From a virus, in IMG/VR virus record IMGVR_UViG_3300032294_001228, positions 54,685 through 118,684 of that record: DNA of 64,000 nucleotides; one strand, written 5' to 3'. How positions within the stretch are numbered: the first letter of the stretch is position 1; every line of letters starts with the position of its first letter. Shown here one piece after another: positions 46,464 through 56,839 of the stretch. Both the position numbers and the translations under genes were made by a program. The notes under the pieces are model-generated. The model did not search any database and was not told the DNA's origin. It worked only from the letters and a program-made list of their open reading frames with translations.

Positions 46464-49121
46464 ATGAGTTACGTAGACGCATTGTTCGATAGAACAAAAG
46501 ATCGCATTTACATCGTTGAGCGTGTAAATGGACAAAGAGAGTATAAAGAGTTTCCAGCTAATTATACTTTTTATTATGATGACCCTCGTGGTAAATTCCG
46601 CACTATCTATGATACCCCAGTGTCACGTTTCAGCACACGCATAGGTAAAGAGTTCCACAAAGAACTTAAAATCAATAGTGGTAAAAAAATATGGGAAAGT
46701 GATATCAATCCCGTATTCCGCTGTCTAGAAGAAAATTATCTAGGACAGAAATCCCCTAAACTACAGACAGCATTCTTCGACATTGAAGTAGACTTTGACC
46801 CTGTACGGGGATTTAGTAAACCAGAGGATCCATTTAATCCAATTACCGCAGTGTCGGTATATCTAGATTGGCTAGACAAACTAGTGACCATGGTTATCCC
46901 ACCCAAGAGCATGAGCTGGGAAACAGCAGAAGAAATAGTTAAAAACTATGATAACTGTTTCCTAATGGAACGTGAAGAGGACCTGCTGAAAACGTTCCTG
47001 GACTTGATTGATGATGCCGATATACTGTCAGGTTGGAACTCGGAAGGCTTCGATATCCCATATATGGTACAGCGCACCAATCGTGTCTTGAGCAAAGATG
47101 ACACACGCAGATTTTGCTTATGGGGACAATTCCCTAAGCAACGTGAGTTTGAACGCTTTGGTGCGGCTAATTTGACATTTGACCTTATTGGTCGTGTGCA
47201 TATGGACTATATGCAACTGTATCGCAAATACACTTATGAAGAACGCCACAGTTATAGTTTGGATGCTATTAGTGAATACGAACTAGGTGAAAGTAAAACA
47301 CAGTATGAAGGCACATTAGATCAATTATATAACAAAGACTTTGCTAAGTTTATTGAGTATAATAGACAGGATACAGCCTTATTACATAAACTAGATGCAA
47401 AACTACGTTTCTTAGATCTAGCTAACGAATTGGCGCATGACAACACTGTGCTATTACAGACAACTATGGGCGCAGTAGCAGTTACAGAACAGGCTATCAT
47501 CAACGAAGCACATCAACTAGGTATGGTTGTACCAAATCGCAACCGTGATGAACAGTTTGACACACAGGCCGCAGGTGCTTATGTGGCAACGCCTAAAGCA
47601 GGTATGCATGACTATATCGGTGCTATTGACATTAACTCACTGTACCCGTCAGCTATTCGCGCACTTAACATGGGTCCAGAAACTATCGTAGGACAACTGC
47701 GTCCTACAATGACTGAACACTATATCAAAGAGAAACAAACAGCGGGCAGTAGTTTTGCTGACGCATGGGAAGGTTTGTTTGGCAGTTTAGAATATACCGC
47801 AGTTATGAATGGTGAAGTTGGCACAGAGATCACTATCGATTGGGCAAATGGTACCAGTGATGTATTAAGTGCCGCAGACGTTTGGCGATTAATATTTGAC
47901 AGCAATAAACCTTGGATATTATCAGCCAATGGTACTATCTTTAACAATGAACGCAAGGGTGTTATACCTGGTTTACTAGAACGTTGGTATGCTGAACGTA
48001 AAGAGATGCAGGCTAAAAAGAAAGAGGCGACTACAGATGAAGACACAGCATTCTGGGACAAGCGTCAGCTAGTTAAGAAGATTAACTTGAACAGTTTGTA
48101 TGGTGCTATTCTTAATCCTGGTTGTCGTTTCTTTGACAAACGCATTGGTCAATCAACTACATTAACTGGTAGAACTATTGCTAAACATATGGATGCTTAT
48201 ATCAATGAATGTATCACAGGCAAGTATGACCACGTAGGTGAAGCAATTATCTATGGTGATACAGACTCCTGTTACTTCTCAGCTTACCCAATGGTTCGTG
48301 CAGATGTTGAAGCAGGTAAGATGGAATGGAACAAAGACATTGCTGTGGGATTGTATGACAGTATCGCAGATCAAGTTAATGAAAGTTTTCCAGCATTCTG
48401 TGAACGTGCATTCCATACTCCACGTCGACAAGGTGAACTGATCAAAGGCGGTCGTGAACTGGTAGCACTTAAAGGCCTGTTTATCAAGAAGAAACGTTAT
48501 GCTGTATTGATTTACGACATGGAAGGTAACAGACTAGACACACACGGTAAACCAGGCAAAGTAAAAGCCATGGGCTTAGACTTAAAACGATCAGATACTC
48601 CAAAAGTCATCCAAGACTTCTTAAGTGATATCTTGTTAGACGTGCTTACAGGTACAGGTCGTGAAGCAATCATTGACAAAGTGCGTGAGTTTAAACTAGT
48701 GTTCACAGAACGTCCGGCCTGGGAAAAAGGTACACCTAAGCGTGTAAACAACTTGACCAAGTATACCAAAGAAGAGGAACGCCTAGGCAAAGCCAACATG
48801 CCAGGACATGTGCGTGCGGCTATGAATTGGAATAACTTAAAACGTATGATGGGTGATAACTATAGTATGCAGATCGTCGACGGTATGAAAACTATCGTAT
48901 GTAAACTCAAAGATAATCCATTGGGTTATAGTTCAGTAGGCTATCCCACAGATGAAACACATATACCTGCCTGGTTTAAAGAATTACCATTTGATGATGC
49001 CAGCATGGAAACCGGTATCGTAGATCAAAAGGTAGAAAATCTATTAGGTGTGTTGAAATGGCAAATCGCTGAGAATACACAGATCGCAACTACGTTTGAT
49101 AACTTGTTTAGTTTTGAATGA
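46464..49121 (+). CDS. Family B DNA polymerase (gp43-like)
   Basis: Exo FDIE, GWNSEGFD, YNRQD; Pol DINSLYPS, KINLNSLYG, YGDTDS, KKRY; no intein or intron seen. Confidence 0.97.
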   Translation: MSYVDALFDRTKDRIYIVERVNGQREYKEFPANYTFYYDDPRGKFRTIYDTPVSRFSTRIGKEFHKELKINSGKKIWESDINPVFRCLEENYLGQKSPKLQTAFFDIEVDFDPVRGFSKPEDPFNPITAVSVYLDWLDKLVTMVIPPKSMSWETAEEIVKNYDNCFLMEREEDLLKTFLDLIDDADILSGWNSEGFDIPYMVQRTNRVLSKDDTRRFCLWGQFPKQREFERFGAANLTFDLIGRVHMDYMQLYRKYTYEERHSYSLDAISEYELGESKTQYEGTLDQLYNKDFAKFIEYNRQDTALLHKLDAKLRFLDLANELAHDNTVLLQTTMGAVAVTEQAIINEAHQLGMVVPNRNRDEQFDTQAAGAYVATPKAGMHDYIGAIDINSLYPSAIRALNMGPETIVGQLRPTMTEHYIKEKQTAGSSFADAWEGLFGSLEYTAVMNGEVGTEITIDWANGTSDVLSAADVWRLIFDSNKPWILSANGTIFNNERKGVIPGLLERWYAERKEMQAKKKEATTDEDTAFWDKRQLVKKINLNSLYGAILNPGCRFFDKRIGQSTTLTGRTIAKHMDAYINECITGKYDHVGEAIIYGDTDSCYFSAYPMVRADVEAGKMEWNKDIAVGLYDSIADQVNESFPAFCERAFHTPRRQGELIKGGRELVALKGLFIKKKRYAVLIYDMEGNRLDTHGKPGKVKAMGLDLKRSDTPKVIQDFLSDILLDVLTGTGREAIIDKVREFKLVFTERPAWEKGTPKRVNNLTKYTKEEERLGKANMPGHVRAAMNWNNLKRMMGDNYSMQIVDGMKTIVCKLKDNPLGYSSVGYPTDETHIPAWFKELPFDDASMETGIVDQKVENLLGVLKWQIAENTQIATTFDNLFSFE

Positions 49122-50053
49122 TGCACAATCTTAGCGACTCAATCAGTCTGAGAGATCAGCTTAATAAAGCTCTAGAGATAATATTAGATCTAGAGGTAAT
49201 ATTAGATACAACTCAAGCTGATCATCGATTAGAAATATTAAAACAACTCTCAGACAACACAGTGTTTATGTCTGAGAGGATAGCTGAATTTATCTCCGAG
49301 TATCAAGAATATATTAATCAATATCAATCTATTATCAGCATGTATAAACAATTAGTAGCTGATACAAATTTAGCTATTGAAGAAATAGGACAAAATATTG
49401 TCAACACTACACCACTATTATCAGATGAAGAATTAAGTAAATTGATGTCGAGCGAATGTGATGATCAATCAGTGCCAGTTGATGCTATTAATAGAATATA
49501 TCATTATACTAATGCGATATATCCTGGACTAGTAATTGCACCAACTTCATTTGAATATATTAATCTTATGGTTGCTTCGGACCCTTTGTATTTGTTAGGA
49601 ACTATTAGTAAATTGCAATCAGTTATAGAAAAATTCCCTGAACAATACCAAAATAGATTAAGACTTTATAGTGACGTTGAAAGTTTGCCAAAAAATCAAT
49701 TTTCTTTAATTTTTGTTACTTATCTTTTCCGTTGTTTACCATATGTGCAGGTAATAGAGTATCTTAGAACAATGTTAAAATTACTACGTCCGGGTGGGTG
49801 CATTATGTTTACCTACTATAATTGCGATATCCACAGAGTAGCTCAATTGTTTGAAAAGGGTTACGTACCATACTCTAGTCAAACTAGATTGTATCGGGAC
49901 TGCCAACAGTTAGGATATGAAATATTAGAATTTAACAATGAATCAGTTGATCTCGCTGCTGAAAAATACGTATCTTGGGTCCAATTACAAAAGCCAGGAG
50001 AACTTACTTCAGTTAAACGGGCGCAGGCATTAGGTAATATTCTTAGAAAATAA
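49118..50053 (+). CDS. Coiled-coil plus methyltransferase-like protein (AT-rich)
   Basis: C-terminal LPKNQFSLIF...LLRPGGCIMFTY; canonical motif I is not evident. Confidence 0.5.
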   Translation: MMHNLSDSISLRDQLNKALEIILDLEVILDTTQADHRLEILKQLSDNTVFMSERIAEFISEYQEYINQYQSIISMYKQLVADTNLAIEEIGQNIVNTTPLLSDEELSKLMSSECDDQSVPVDAINRIYHYTNAIYPGLVIAPTSFEYINLMVASDPLYLLGTISKLQSVIEKFPEQYQNRLRLYSDVESLPKNQFSLIFVTYLFRCLPYVQVIEYLRTMLKLLRPGGCIMFTYYNCDIHRVAQLFEKGYVPYSSQTRLYRDCQQLGYEILEFNNESVDLAAEKYVSWVQLQKPGELTSVKRAQALGNILRK

Positions 50054-50066
50054 TTTATCAAAACAC

Positions 50067-50095
50067 TTGCATGATCTAAATACATCACGTATACT
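50067..50095 (+). promoter_or_regulatory. sigma70 promoter with nested late element
   Basis: TTGCAT-17-TATACT; TAAATA at 50077-50082. Confidence 0.6.
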
Positions 50096-50118
50096 AACTT
50101 ATCATTAAGGAGAAACAC

Positions 50119-50850
50119 ATGAGAGACCATCTATTAGACATCGTTCGTAACACTTATGGCCTAGGTAACATTGACTTAGTTAAAATTGTGGGCACAGCAG
50201 AAGAAACATCAATCGAAGCATTAGCTGAAGATCGTTCAGTTATTGTTCAGGGCAAGTTAAACAGTTCAGTAAAAGAGTTTGTTGGTACTTTTGGTATGCC
50301 TAACTTAGGTAAACTAAACACAATCTTAGGTATTCCAGAATATAAAGAAAACGCTAAGATTACATTAAACACACAAGACCGTAACGGCGAAACAGTTCCA
50401 ACAGGCCTACATTTTGAAAATGCCGCAGGCGACTTTAAGAATGATTATCGATTCATGAGCCAAGAGATTATTTTGGACAAACTTAAATCAGTTAAGATGC
50501 GAGCAGTTAACTGGGCTGTGGAGTTTGAACCTACAGTTGCCGCAATCCAAAGACTTAAATTCCAAGCTAGTGCTAACGGTGAAGAAACTGTATTTACTGC
50601 TAAGAAAGAAGGCAATGATTTGAAATTCTTCTTTGGTGATCACAGTACACACGCTGGTAACTTTGTATTCCAAGCAGGTTCAGGTGGCAACTTAACTAAA
50701 GCATTAAGTTTCCCAGTAGCGGCGGTAATCAGCATCTTAAACTTAGCAGGTGACAAGAAATTTAGTCTAAGCGATGATGGTGTGGCACAGATCACTGTAA
50801 ACACAGGTATTGCAACTTACAACTACCTATTACCAGCACAGAGTAAATAA
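50119..50850 (+). CDS. Putative sliding clamp (gp45-like)
   Basis: 243-aa alpha/beta protein near the Pol B gene, strongly biased codons, clamp-like C-terminus (YNYLLPA); clamp loader present in the window. Confidence 0.65.
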   Translation: MRDHLLDIVRNTYGLGNIDLVKIVGTAEETSIEALAEDRSVIVQGKLNSSVKEFVGTFGMPNLGKLNTILGIPEYKENAKITLNTQDRNGETVPTGLHFENAAGDFKNDYRFMSQEIILDKLKSVKMRAVNWAVEFEPTVAAIQRLKFQASANGEETVFTAKKEGNDLKFFFGDHSTHAGNFVFQAGSGGNLTKALSFPVAAVISILNLAGDKKFSLSDDGVAQITVNTGIATYNYLLPAQSK

Positions 50851-51422
50851 TGAATCGGTGGGCACACCTAGGACATACTTTAGGTGAGTGTTGGATTGAT
50901 CGTGATAAAGATATCACTTACGTGCATATACCTAAAAATGCCAGCAGTTTTATCAAAGGTTGCTTATTAGCAAGTTTAAAATTCACGCACAGTAACGTGC
51001 CTATTAGGACTAATAGATACTTAGTTGCAGTGCGTGACCCCATTGAACGTTGGGTTAGTGGAATGGCTGAGTATGAGTTCAATAGCAAACAACCAGATAT
51101 AGATTACCAACAAATAACATTCGATGATCATACAGAGACACAGGATTATTTTTTACAAGATATCGTAATTAAAAATACTGATTTTATTATGGTTAACGAC
51201 AATCTAAGAACAAACTTAAAACGTTGGTTTGATGAATTTGGGTATCGTATTGATGTTGATAATATGACGCAATATAACGCTAGTCTAAATACAAGCAAAC
51301 AATATTTAAAACTTAAATATCAGACAATCGTTGACAGCGACCCTAACTTTGTGTTAAACTTAAAGAAACACTACGCCAATGACTACAAATTAATTAATTC
51401 GGTAAAATATTATGGAACGTGA
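50850..51422 (+). CDS. Sulfotransferase family 2-like protein
   Basis: YVHIPKNASSFI, VRDPIERWVSG, H...Q, Y..DY.L. Confidence 0.8.
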   Translation: MNRWAHLGHTLGECWIDRDKDITYVHIPKNASSFIKGCLLASLKFTHSNVPIRTNRYLVAVRDPIERWVSGMAEYEFNSKQPDIDYQQITFDDHTETQDYFLQDIVIKNTDFIMVNDNLRTNLKRWFDEFGYRIDVDNMTQYNASLNTSKQYLKLKYQTIVDSDPNFVLNLKKHYANDYKLINSVKYYGT

Positions 51423-52953
51423 TAACTTAACCAGCAAGCAACTAGACTATGCTGTATTCTTACCAGCATTAAGTGGCTTCTATGCTACCTATGTAGGTAA
51501 ACAACGTCATGATCCAAACTATGTAGATCCAGTACGTATCCCAGCAGACTTTGAGAATGGTATAGAAGGTCTTAATTGGCTAAATCCTGATGCGGCATAC
51601 TTTCCATATCATTGGGCACTGTATTCTGCAGGTCATGCGGAATTAGATGTAAACAAACACAGTCCTAAAGAAGATATGGTCAGAAATAGAGATCGTAGCC
51701 GCAGTTTTATCTTAGGTGATAGTGGTGGTTTCCAAATTGGTAAGGGTGTATGGGAAGGTGATTGGAAAGATCCCAACTGCCCCAAAGCACAGAAGAAACG
51801 TGAACTGGTATTGTCTTGGATGGATGCTTATATGGATCGTGGCATGATCTTAGATATTCCGGCGTGGGTTGCTCGTAGTCCAGCGGGTCGTAAGGCCACC
51901 GGTATCAACACATACATCGAAGCAGTGCAAGGTACTTACATCAATAACGATTACTTCATGAAGAATCGCACAGGTGCATGTAAGTTCTTAAATGTTCTAC
52001 AGGGTGAGAATCATGCTGACGCAGATGATTGGTATGATCGCATGAAGAAATACTGTGATCCAAAACAATACAGTCAACCATTTGAAGGTTGGGCCATGGG
52101 TGGTCAGAACATGTGTGATGTACACTTGGTTTTACGCAGATTAGTCGAATTACGCTTTGATGGGTTACTTGAAAAAGGTTTACATGATTGGATGCACTTC
52201 TTGGGTACAAGTAAACTTGAGTGGGCATGTTTATTAACAGACATACAGAGAGCAGTTAGAAAGTATCATAATGAAAACTTTACAATATCGTTTGACTGCG
52301 CTAGTCCATTCTTGGCTAGTGCTAATGGGCAGATCTATATCCAAACAGAAATCACCGACAGAGAAAAATGGGTCTACAGAATGGTACCTAGTGTCGATGA
52401 TAAAAAATATGCTACAGACACCCGCAGGTTTAGCGACGCAGTTCTTCAAGACAAGTTATTTGCTAATTTTACAGATAGTCCAATTAGTCAACGTTGCACT
52501 ATTAAAGATGTCTGCATTTATAAACCTGGTGATCTAAACAAGATCGGTAAAGAAGGTAAGACCAGCTGGGACAGTTTCAGTTATGCTATACAGATGGGGC
52601 ATAACGTTTGGAGCCATATCTCAGCAGTGCAAGAAGCCAATCGTCAATATGACCAAGGTGTTACTCCTCGTATGCTAGTGCAAGAAACATTTGATCGTGT
52701 TTACTTTAAAGATGTAGTAGAAGCTATCTTTGCTACCAGCAACAAAGGTGAAGCATTGGCTATCATCGAAGATTTCAGCAAGTTCTGGATGAGTATCATT
52801 GGTACACGTGGTGCTACAGGTAAGAAAACAGTTAATGCGTCAACTATGTTTAGTAGCTTATTCGAAAGTGAAGAACCTGAAGAACATCATGTAGATGACA
52901 GTGGATTAGATAAAACTAATTTAGATAATTTAGAAAACGAGTTAGGAGAATAA
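51412..52953 (+). CDS. dpdA: tRNA-guanine transglycosylase-like DNA base-exchange enzyme (DpdA)
   Basis: ILGDSGGFQ, MILDIP, NVLQG, GWAMGG, HFLG, SFDCASP, HN; clusters with folE, queE and a queD-like gene. Confidence 0.8.
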   Translation: MERDNLTSKQLDYAVFLPALSGFYATYVGKQRHDPNYVDPVRIPADFENGIEGLNWLNPDAAYFPYHWALYSAGHAELDVNKHSPKEDMVRNRDRSRSFILGDSGGFQIGKGVWEGDWKDPNCPKAQKKRELVLSWMDAYMDRGMILDIPAWVARSPAGRKATGINTYIEAVQGTYINNDYFMKNRTGACKFLNVLQGENHADADDWYDRMKKYCDPKQYSQPFEGWAMGGQNMCDVHLVLRRLVELRFDGLLEKGLHDWMHFLGTSKLEWACLLTDIQRAVRKYHNENFTISFDCASPFLASANGQIYIQTEITDREKWVYRMVPSVDDKKYATDTRRFSDAVLQDKLFANFTDSPISQRCTIKDVCIYKPGDLNKIGKEGKTSWDSFSYAIQMGHNVWSHISAVQEANRQYDQGVTPRMLVQETFDRVYFKDVVEAIFATSNKGEALAIIEDFSKFWMSIIGTRGATGKKTVNASTMFSSLFESEEPEEHHVDDSGLDKTNLDNLENELGE

Positions 52954-52954
52954 T

Positions 52955-53194
52955 ATGACCATGGGTAAACAAATATTCTACCATAATTTAAAAAATGGTG
53001 GCATTCCAGAATTGACGAGTTATTTAGAAATCCTAAAAGAGCAACATAAAGAATTAGAAAAAAAGATAGCCAATGGGTATACCCATTATCTAGATGACGA
53101 GCATCTCGGCAAAATCAAACATGAGAAGTTAAACATCAAAAGACGGATAGTTGAAATCGAAGAAAAGCTAAAGGCACATGAAAATGAAGCGTGA
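52955..53194 (+). CDS. Small coiled-coil protein (YdcH/DUF465-like)
   Basis: LKEQHKELEKKI...KHEKLNIKRRI. Confidence 0.55.
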   Translation: MTMGKQIFYHNLKNGGIPELTSYLEILKEQHKELEKKIANGYTHYLDDEHLGKIKHEKLNIKRRIVEIEEKLKAHENEA

Positions 53195-53711
53195 TTATGC
53201 AGATGGCGTAAAAGAAAACATAACATTCTTTACAGGTATAGAGATTGAACAGACTCCGGCCTACGGCATGAAGACATTGTTTGTTGTGGGCATACAATGC
53301 AGTGAAGAGATCATCGCACTAGCCAAGGAAAAAGATTGTAAACACATTTACTTTGGTGCTAATCAAAGTTTCCCTGCACTAGCTACAGACGATGCGGATT
53401 CGTGGCGTCCATGGGAACGTATGATCGATCAATGTTTAGATGCAGATCTTTGGTGCACTTTAGATTTTGATGTAAGTGCAGTTCAAGGTGTGCTTGAATG
53501 CATGTTTATCGGGCATCGACGTTTTATTCCACAAGTTTCGGTTAAATTACCATACTTGACACAGCTTGGATATAATGCTACAATTAAGCTAGACGACTTA
53601 GACTTTGAACACAGTAATCCAGGTGTTTGGTGCCATCGTCTACGTGATTTAACAACAACTGATACTTTTACTGATTGGGATCAGTATAGTAAGGATGAAA
53701 TAATCAAATGA
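53178..53711 (+). CDS. Conserved hypothetical protein in the deazaguanine cluster
   Basis: EIEQTPAYGMKTLFVVG, HIYFGANQSF, NPGVWCH. Confidence 0.7.
   Translation: MKMKRDYADGVKENITFFTGIEIEQTPAYGMKTLFVVGIQCSEEIIALAKEKDCKHIYFGANQSFPALATDDADSWRPWERMIDQCLDADLWCTLDFDVSAVQGVLECMFIGHRRFIPQVSVKLPYLTQLGYNATIKLDDLDFEHSNPGVWCHRLRDLTTTDTFTDWDQYSKDEIIK
53556..53584 (+). promoter_or_regulatory. Internal sigma70 promoter
   Basis: TTGACA-17-TACAAT with a TG extension, inside the 53178 ORF. Confidence 0.55.
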
Positions 53712-54136
53712 TATTAGAAGAACGTGAACGTATAGAACGGATCAAAAAATCTGCACAGAAAAAAGTATGGGTCACTTTCCAACGCGAAGGTATTCATTGT
53801 TTTCCAGCGGCGGCTAATGATCCTAAACTGGCAGATGTAGCATTTTTAGCTAGCCCACATCGTCATATATTTCATTTCCGTGTGGCAATAGATGTATTCC
53901 ATGATGATCGTGAACTAGAGTTTATACAATTTAAACGCTGGTTGGAAGCATTATATGTAAATACAGTATTACAACTAGATTATAAAAGTTGTGAAATGAT
54001 TTCAGATGATCTGTATCTACAAATTGCTCAAAAGTATCCCAATCGTGATGTTTGGATAGAAGTATCTGAAGATGGCGAAAACGGGAGTTATGCTGAGTAC
54101 AACCTTACTCGTCCTTACCAAACGGTAACTGTTTAA
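53708..54136 (+). CDS. queD: QueD/PTPS-like T-fold protein
   Basis: GIHCF...HRHIFH (Zn ligands), SCEMI, VSEDGENG; gene context. Confidence 0.65.
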   Translation: MILEERERIERIKKSAQKKVWVTFQREGIHCFPAAANDPKLADVAFLASPHRHIFHFRVAIDVFHDDRELEFIQFKRWLEALYVNTVLQLDYKSCEMISDDLYLQIAQKYPNRDVWIEVSEDGENGSYAEYNLTRPYQTVTV

Positions 54137-54137
54137 A

Positions 54138-54854
54138 ATGAAAATATTAGTAAGTGGATGTTCTTTTACTTCAGGTTTGAAATTTGAACTAGAAAAAAAT
54201 GACCCAAAAATATGGCCAAATTTGCTGTCGACTGCGTTAAATGCAGAAGTAGTTAATGTTGGTGTTTCTGGATACGACAACTCAGGTATTTTTTTAAATG
54301 CCGTTAGTGAGTTTACTGCTACTAACTATGATTTAATTTTAATACAGATAACTGCATTAAACAGAGTAGTAGTGTCACCTACGTTTGAAGGTTCGTATGT
54401 AATTACTCGATATAACAGTTCTTCCATTTTCTATAATATGGACGACGAAGAATATCAAAAATTTTACAAATCATTTACAAAGTTAAATAATGATTTTGAA
54501 CATTGGAAAAGACTAATACTTATTATTAAATCTCTGCAAAATTTTATCAATCAAGGATATAATATTAAAATTATAAATGGATTGATGGAATGGGATCAGT
54601 CATTTTTTACCACAGACGATTCTAATTTTGCTAAAAATATTTTAGATTTTCACATGTTGCCCGATAAGTTAATTCAAAAAGGATTAGATATTATTAATCT
54701 TGATAAAAAACTAATAAATTTAAATCATTGGATAAATCCATTTGATTCAATGAGAAAAATGCAAATAGATACCGTATTAAAATCTGATCAGCACCCAGGT
54801 CCTAAGACTCATAAACTAGTGGCTGATTTAATATTATCAAAATTAAATTTTTAA
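54138..54854 (+). CDS. SGNH-hydrolase-like protein (AT-rich)
   Basis: VSGCSFT (GxS), VNVGVSG..N, DQHPG (DxH). Confidence 0.65.
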   Translation: MKILVSGCSFTSGLKFELEKNDPKIWPNLLSTALNAEVVNVGVSGYDNSGIFLNAVSEFTATNYDLILIQITALNRVVVSPTFEGSYVITRYNSSSIFYNMDDEEYQKFYKSFTKLNNDFEHWKRLILIIKSLQNFINQGYNIKIINGLMEWDQSFFTTDDSNFAKNILDFHMLPDKLIQKGLDIINLDKKLINLNHWINPFDSMRKMQIDTVLKSDQHPGPKTHKLVADLILSKLNF

Positions 54855-54871
54855 CCCCAAGGAGACATAAT

Positions 54872-54952
54872 ATGCAATTAAATAAATTAGCAAAAGTAAA
54901 TGATAGTTTTACCGTAATCGCAGTATACAACACATCAACACTTGCTGACTAA
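54872..54952 (+). CDS. 26-aa ORF with a strong RBS (micro-gene or truncated remnant)
   Basis: AAGGAGA, then MQLNKLAKVNDSFTVIAVYNTSTLAD*. Confidence 0.35.
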   Translation: MQLNKLAKVNDSFTVIAVYNTSTLAD

Positions 54953-54962
54953 GGAGAAAAAG

Positions 54963-55202
54963 ATGGCAGCACAACCAGTCTGGCTTAAAAAGTATCTACG
55001 CATGAGCCCAGAAGTAAGACAAATTTTCAATGACCTAGACGCATGGTGTAACTACTGTCGTTTCCGCATGATCAAGTTTGATCCAGCGGATCTTTATCGT
55101 AGCATAGAATACAAAGAATGGCAAGAGCGTCGCAAGAAACGCCAACAATGGCAGGCTCGCAACGGTGTTGTTCGCAACTACAATAATAACAGAGGTCAAT
55201 AA
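54963..55202 (+). CDS. Hypothetical protein
   Basis: AAGGAG before ATG 54963; TAATG coupling to the glycosyltransferase. Confidence 0.7.
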   Translation: MAAQPVWLKKYLRMSPEVRQIFNDLDAWCNYCRFRMIKFDPADLYRSIEYKEWQERRKKRQQWQARNGVVRNYNNNRGQ

Positions 55203-56278
55203 TGGCTGTATTTCTAGTTGATCTAGAAGCAGTTGAAACCAGGTACACGGGTCAATGGAAGACTCATGTACCCAATCTCTTACGAAAGGCGGGACATGAT
55301 GTATACGTTATACAAGGCCCTACCGATATTCCTCCAGCTACTACCCCCGGTGCTTTTCTCAACTTTGGTGGCACAAATGTTTACAAGGCTAATCAAGTTG
55401 AACAGATTGGGCGCCTGTTTACGGATGGTAAGATTTCTACTGGAGATCATTTCATTTTTACTGATGCTTGGCATCCTGGTATCATTAATCTTAAATACAT
55501 GTCCGAACTGTTGGGTATCAAAATAACAATCCACGCACTTTGGCATGCTGGTAGTTATGATCCGCAGGACTTCTTAGGACGACTGATTGGTGATGCGCCT
55601 TGGGTCAGACATGCTGAAAAAGCATTCTTTGAAGCTATTGACTATAACTACTTTGCCACAGACTTCCATGTCGACATGTTTACTTTTAACTTGTATAAAG
55701 CAAGAAAAAGTACATTTGGTAATAAAATAGTACGCAGTGGATGGCCGATGGAATATATGGCAGAAACACTTAAACCTTATGCTAGTGTACCTAAACGTAA
55801 TTTAATCTTATTCCCACATCGAATTGCACCTGAGAAACAGGTTAATATATTCCGTAATCTAGCTGTAGAATTACCTGAATACGAGTTCGTAGTATGTCAA
55901 GATCAAGAACTAACCAAAGAAGAATATCACACTTTACTTGGCGAAAGTAAAATTGTATTCTCAGCCAACCTACAAGAAACCTTAGGTATTAGTTGTTATG
56001 AAGGTATGCTGGTAGGTGCTATTCCAATGGTACCAGATCGACTAAGTTATAAAGAAATGTATGGTAGTTTGTTTAAATATCCCAGTGAATGGACAGAGTC
56101 ATGGGATAGTTATCACGATCATAAAGAAGATCTTAAAGCTCGTATCCGTGAACATATGGAAAATTTTGATGCTCGCCACGACTTTGTACGCAGTAACGCA
56201 GAACATCTTACACAAGAATTCTTTTCAGCAACTAAAATCTTAGAAACTATCAGTGGCAAATCCCTTCGAGAAGATTAA
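55202..56278 (+). CDS. GT-B (GT4-like) glycosyltransferase
   Basis: HAGSYD, FPHRIAPEKQ, QETLGISCYEG (Ex7E), PDRLSYKEM. Confidence 0.8.
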   Translation: MAVFLVDLEAVETRYTGQWKTHVPNLLRKAGHDVYVIQGPTDIPPATTPGAFLNFGGTNVYKANQVEQIGRLFTDGKISTGDHFIFTDAWHPGIINLKYMSELLGIKITIHALWHAGSYDPQDFLGRLIGDAPWVRHAEKAFFEAIDYNYFATDFHVDMFTFNLYKARKSTFGNKIVRSGWPMEYMAETLKPYASVPKRNLILFPHRIAPEKQVNIFRNLAVELPEYEFVVCQDQELTKEEYHTLLGESKIVFSANLQETLGISCYEGMLVGAIPMVPDRLSYKEMYGSLFKYPSEWTESWDSYHDHKEDLKARIREHMENFDARHDFVRSNAEHLTQEFFSATKILETISGKSLRED

Positions 56279-56837
56279 CGAATTTGAACAGGCTCTAGCC
56301 AAGTTTACAGGTGCACCTTATGCTGTCATGACAGACTGTTGCACTCATGCTATTGAGTTATGTTTGAGATATGATGCTATTACACGTGTGGTATTTCCAG
56401 CACATACCTATCTCAGTATACCAATGACCATGCACAAGCTAGATATTGAATACAGTTATAGCGACAAAACATGGATAGGTGAATATCAGTTCATAGGCAC
56501 ACGTATCTGGGACAGTGCTAGACTGCTTAAAGAAGGTATGTACCGTAAAAATCAGCTACAATGTTTGAGCTTTGGCTATACCAAACCACTTGAAATTGGG
56601 CGTGGGGGTGCTATACTTACTGATGATGTGGAAATTTATGACATCTTAAGTCAGCAACGTTACGATGGCCGTGATTTGAATATAAGTCCCTGGCAAAATC
56701 AAAAGACTTTTCGTGTAGGCTATCACTATAAACCCACAGTTGAAGAAGCTGTTAAAGGGTTGGAATTATTATCAGATGTTGATCAAACGCCTAAATATCA
56801 TCAATATCCGGACCTACGTGAAATTATTATCAAATAA
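56253..56837 (+). CDS. DegT/DnrJ-family PLP aminotransferase (short)
   Basis: FEQALAKFTGAPYAV...CTHAIELCL, WDSA, LSFGYTKPL (PLP Lys), GGAILTDD. Confidence 0.75.
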   Translation: MANPFEKINEFEQALAKFTGAPYAVMTDCCTHAIELCLRYDAITRVVFPAHTYLSIPMTMHKLDIEYSYSDKTWIGEYQFIGTRIWDSARLLKEGMYRKNQLQCLSFGYTKPLEIGRGGAILTDDVEIYDILSQQRYDGRDLNISPWQNQKTFRVGYHYKPTVEEAVKGLELLSDVDQTPKYHQYPDLREIIIK

Positions 56838-56839
56838 TC

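Noticed and set aside
46464-49121. Intron or intein in the DNA polymerase
   Set aside because: One continuous 885-aa ORF with normal motif spacing and no splicing or homing-endonuclease motifs.
56253-56837. DegT gene as a pseudogene because it is only 194 aa
   Set aside because: It keeps the PLP Asp and Lys motifs, has no frameshifted continuation and is followed directly by a promoter, so a compact variant is more likely.
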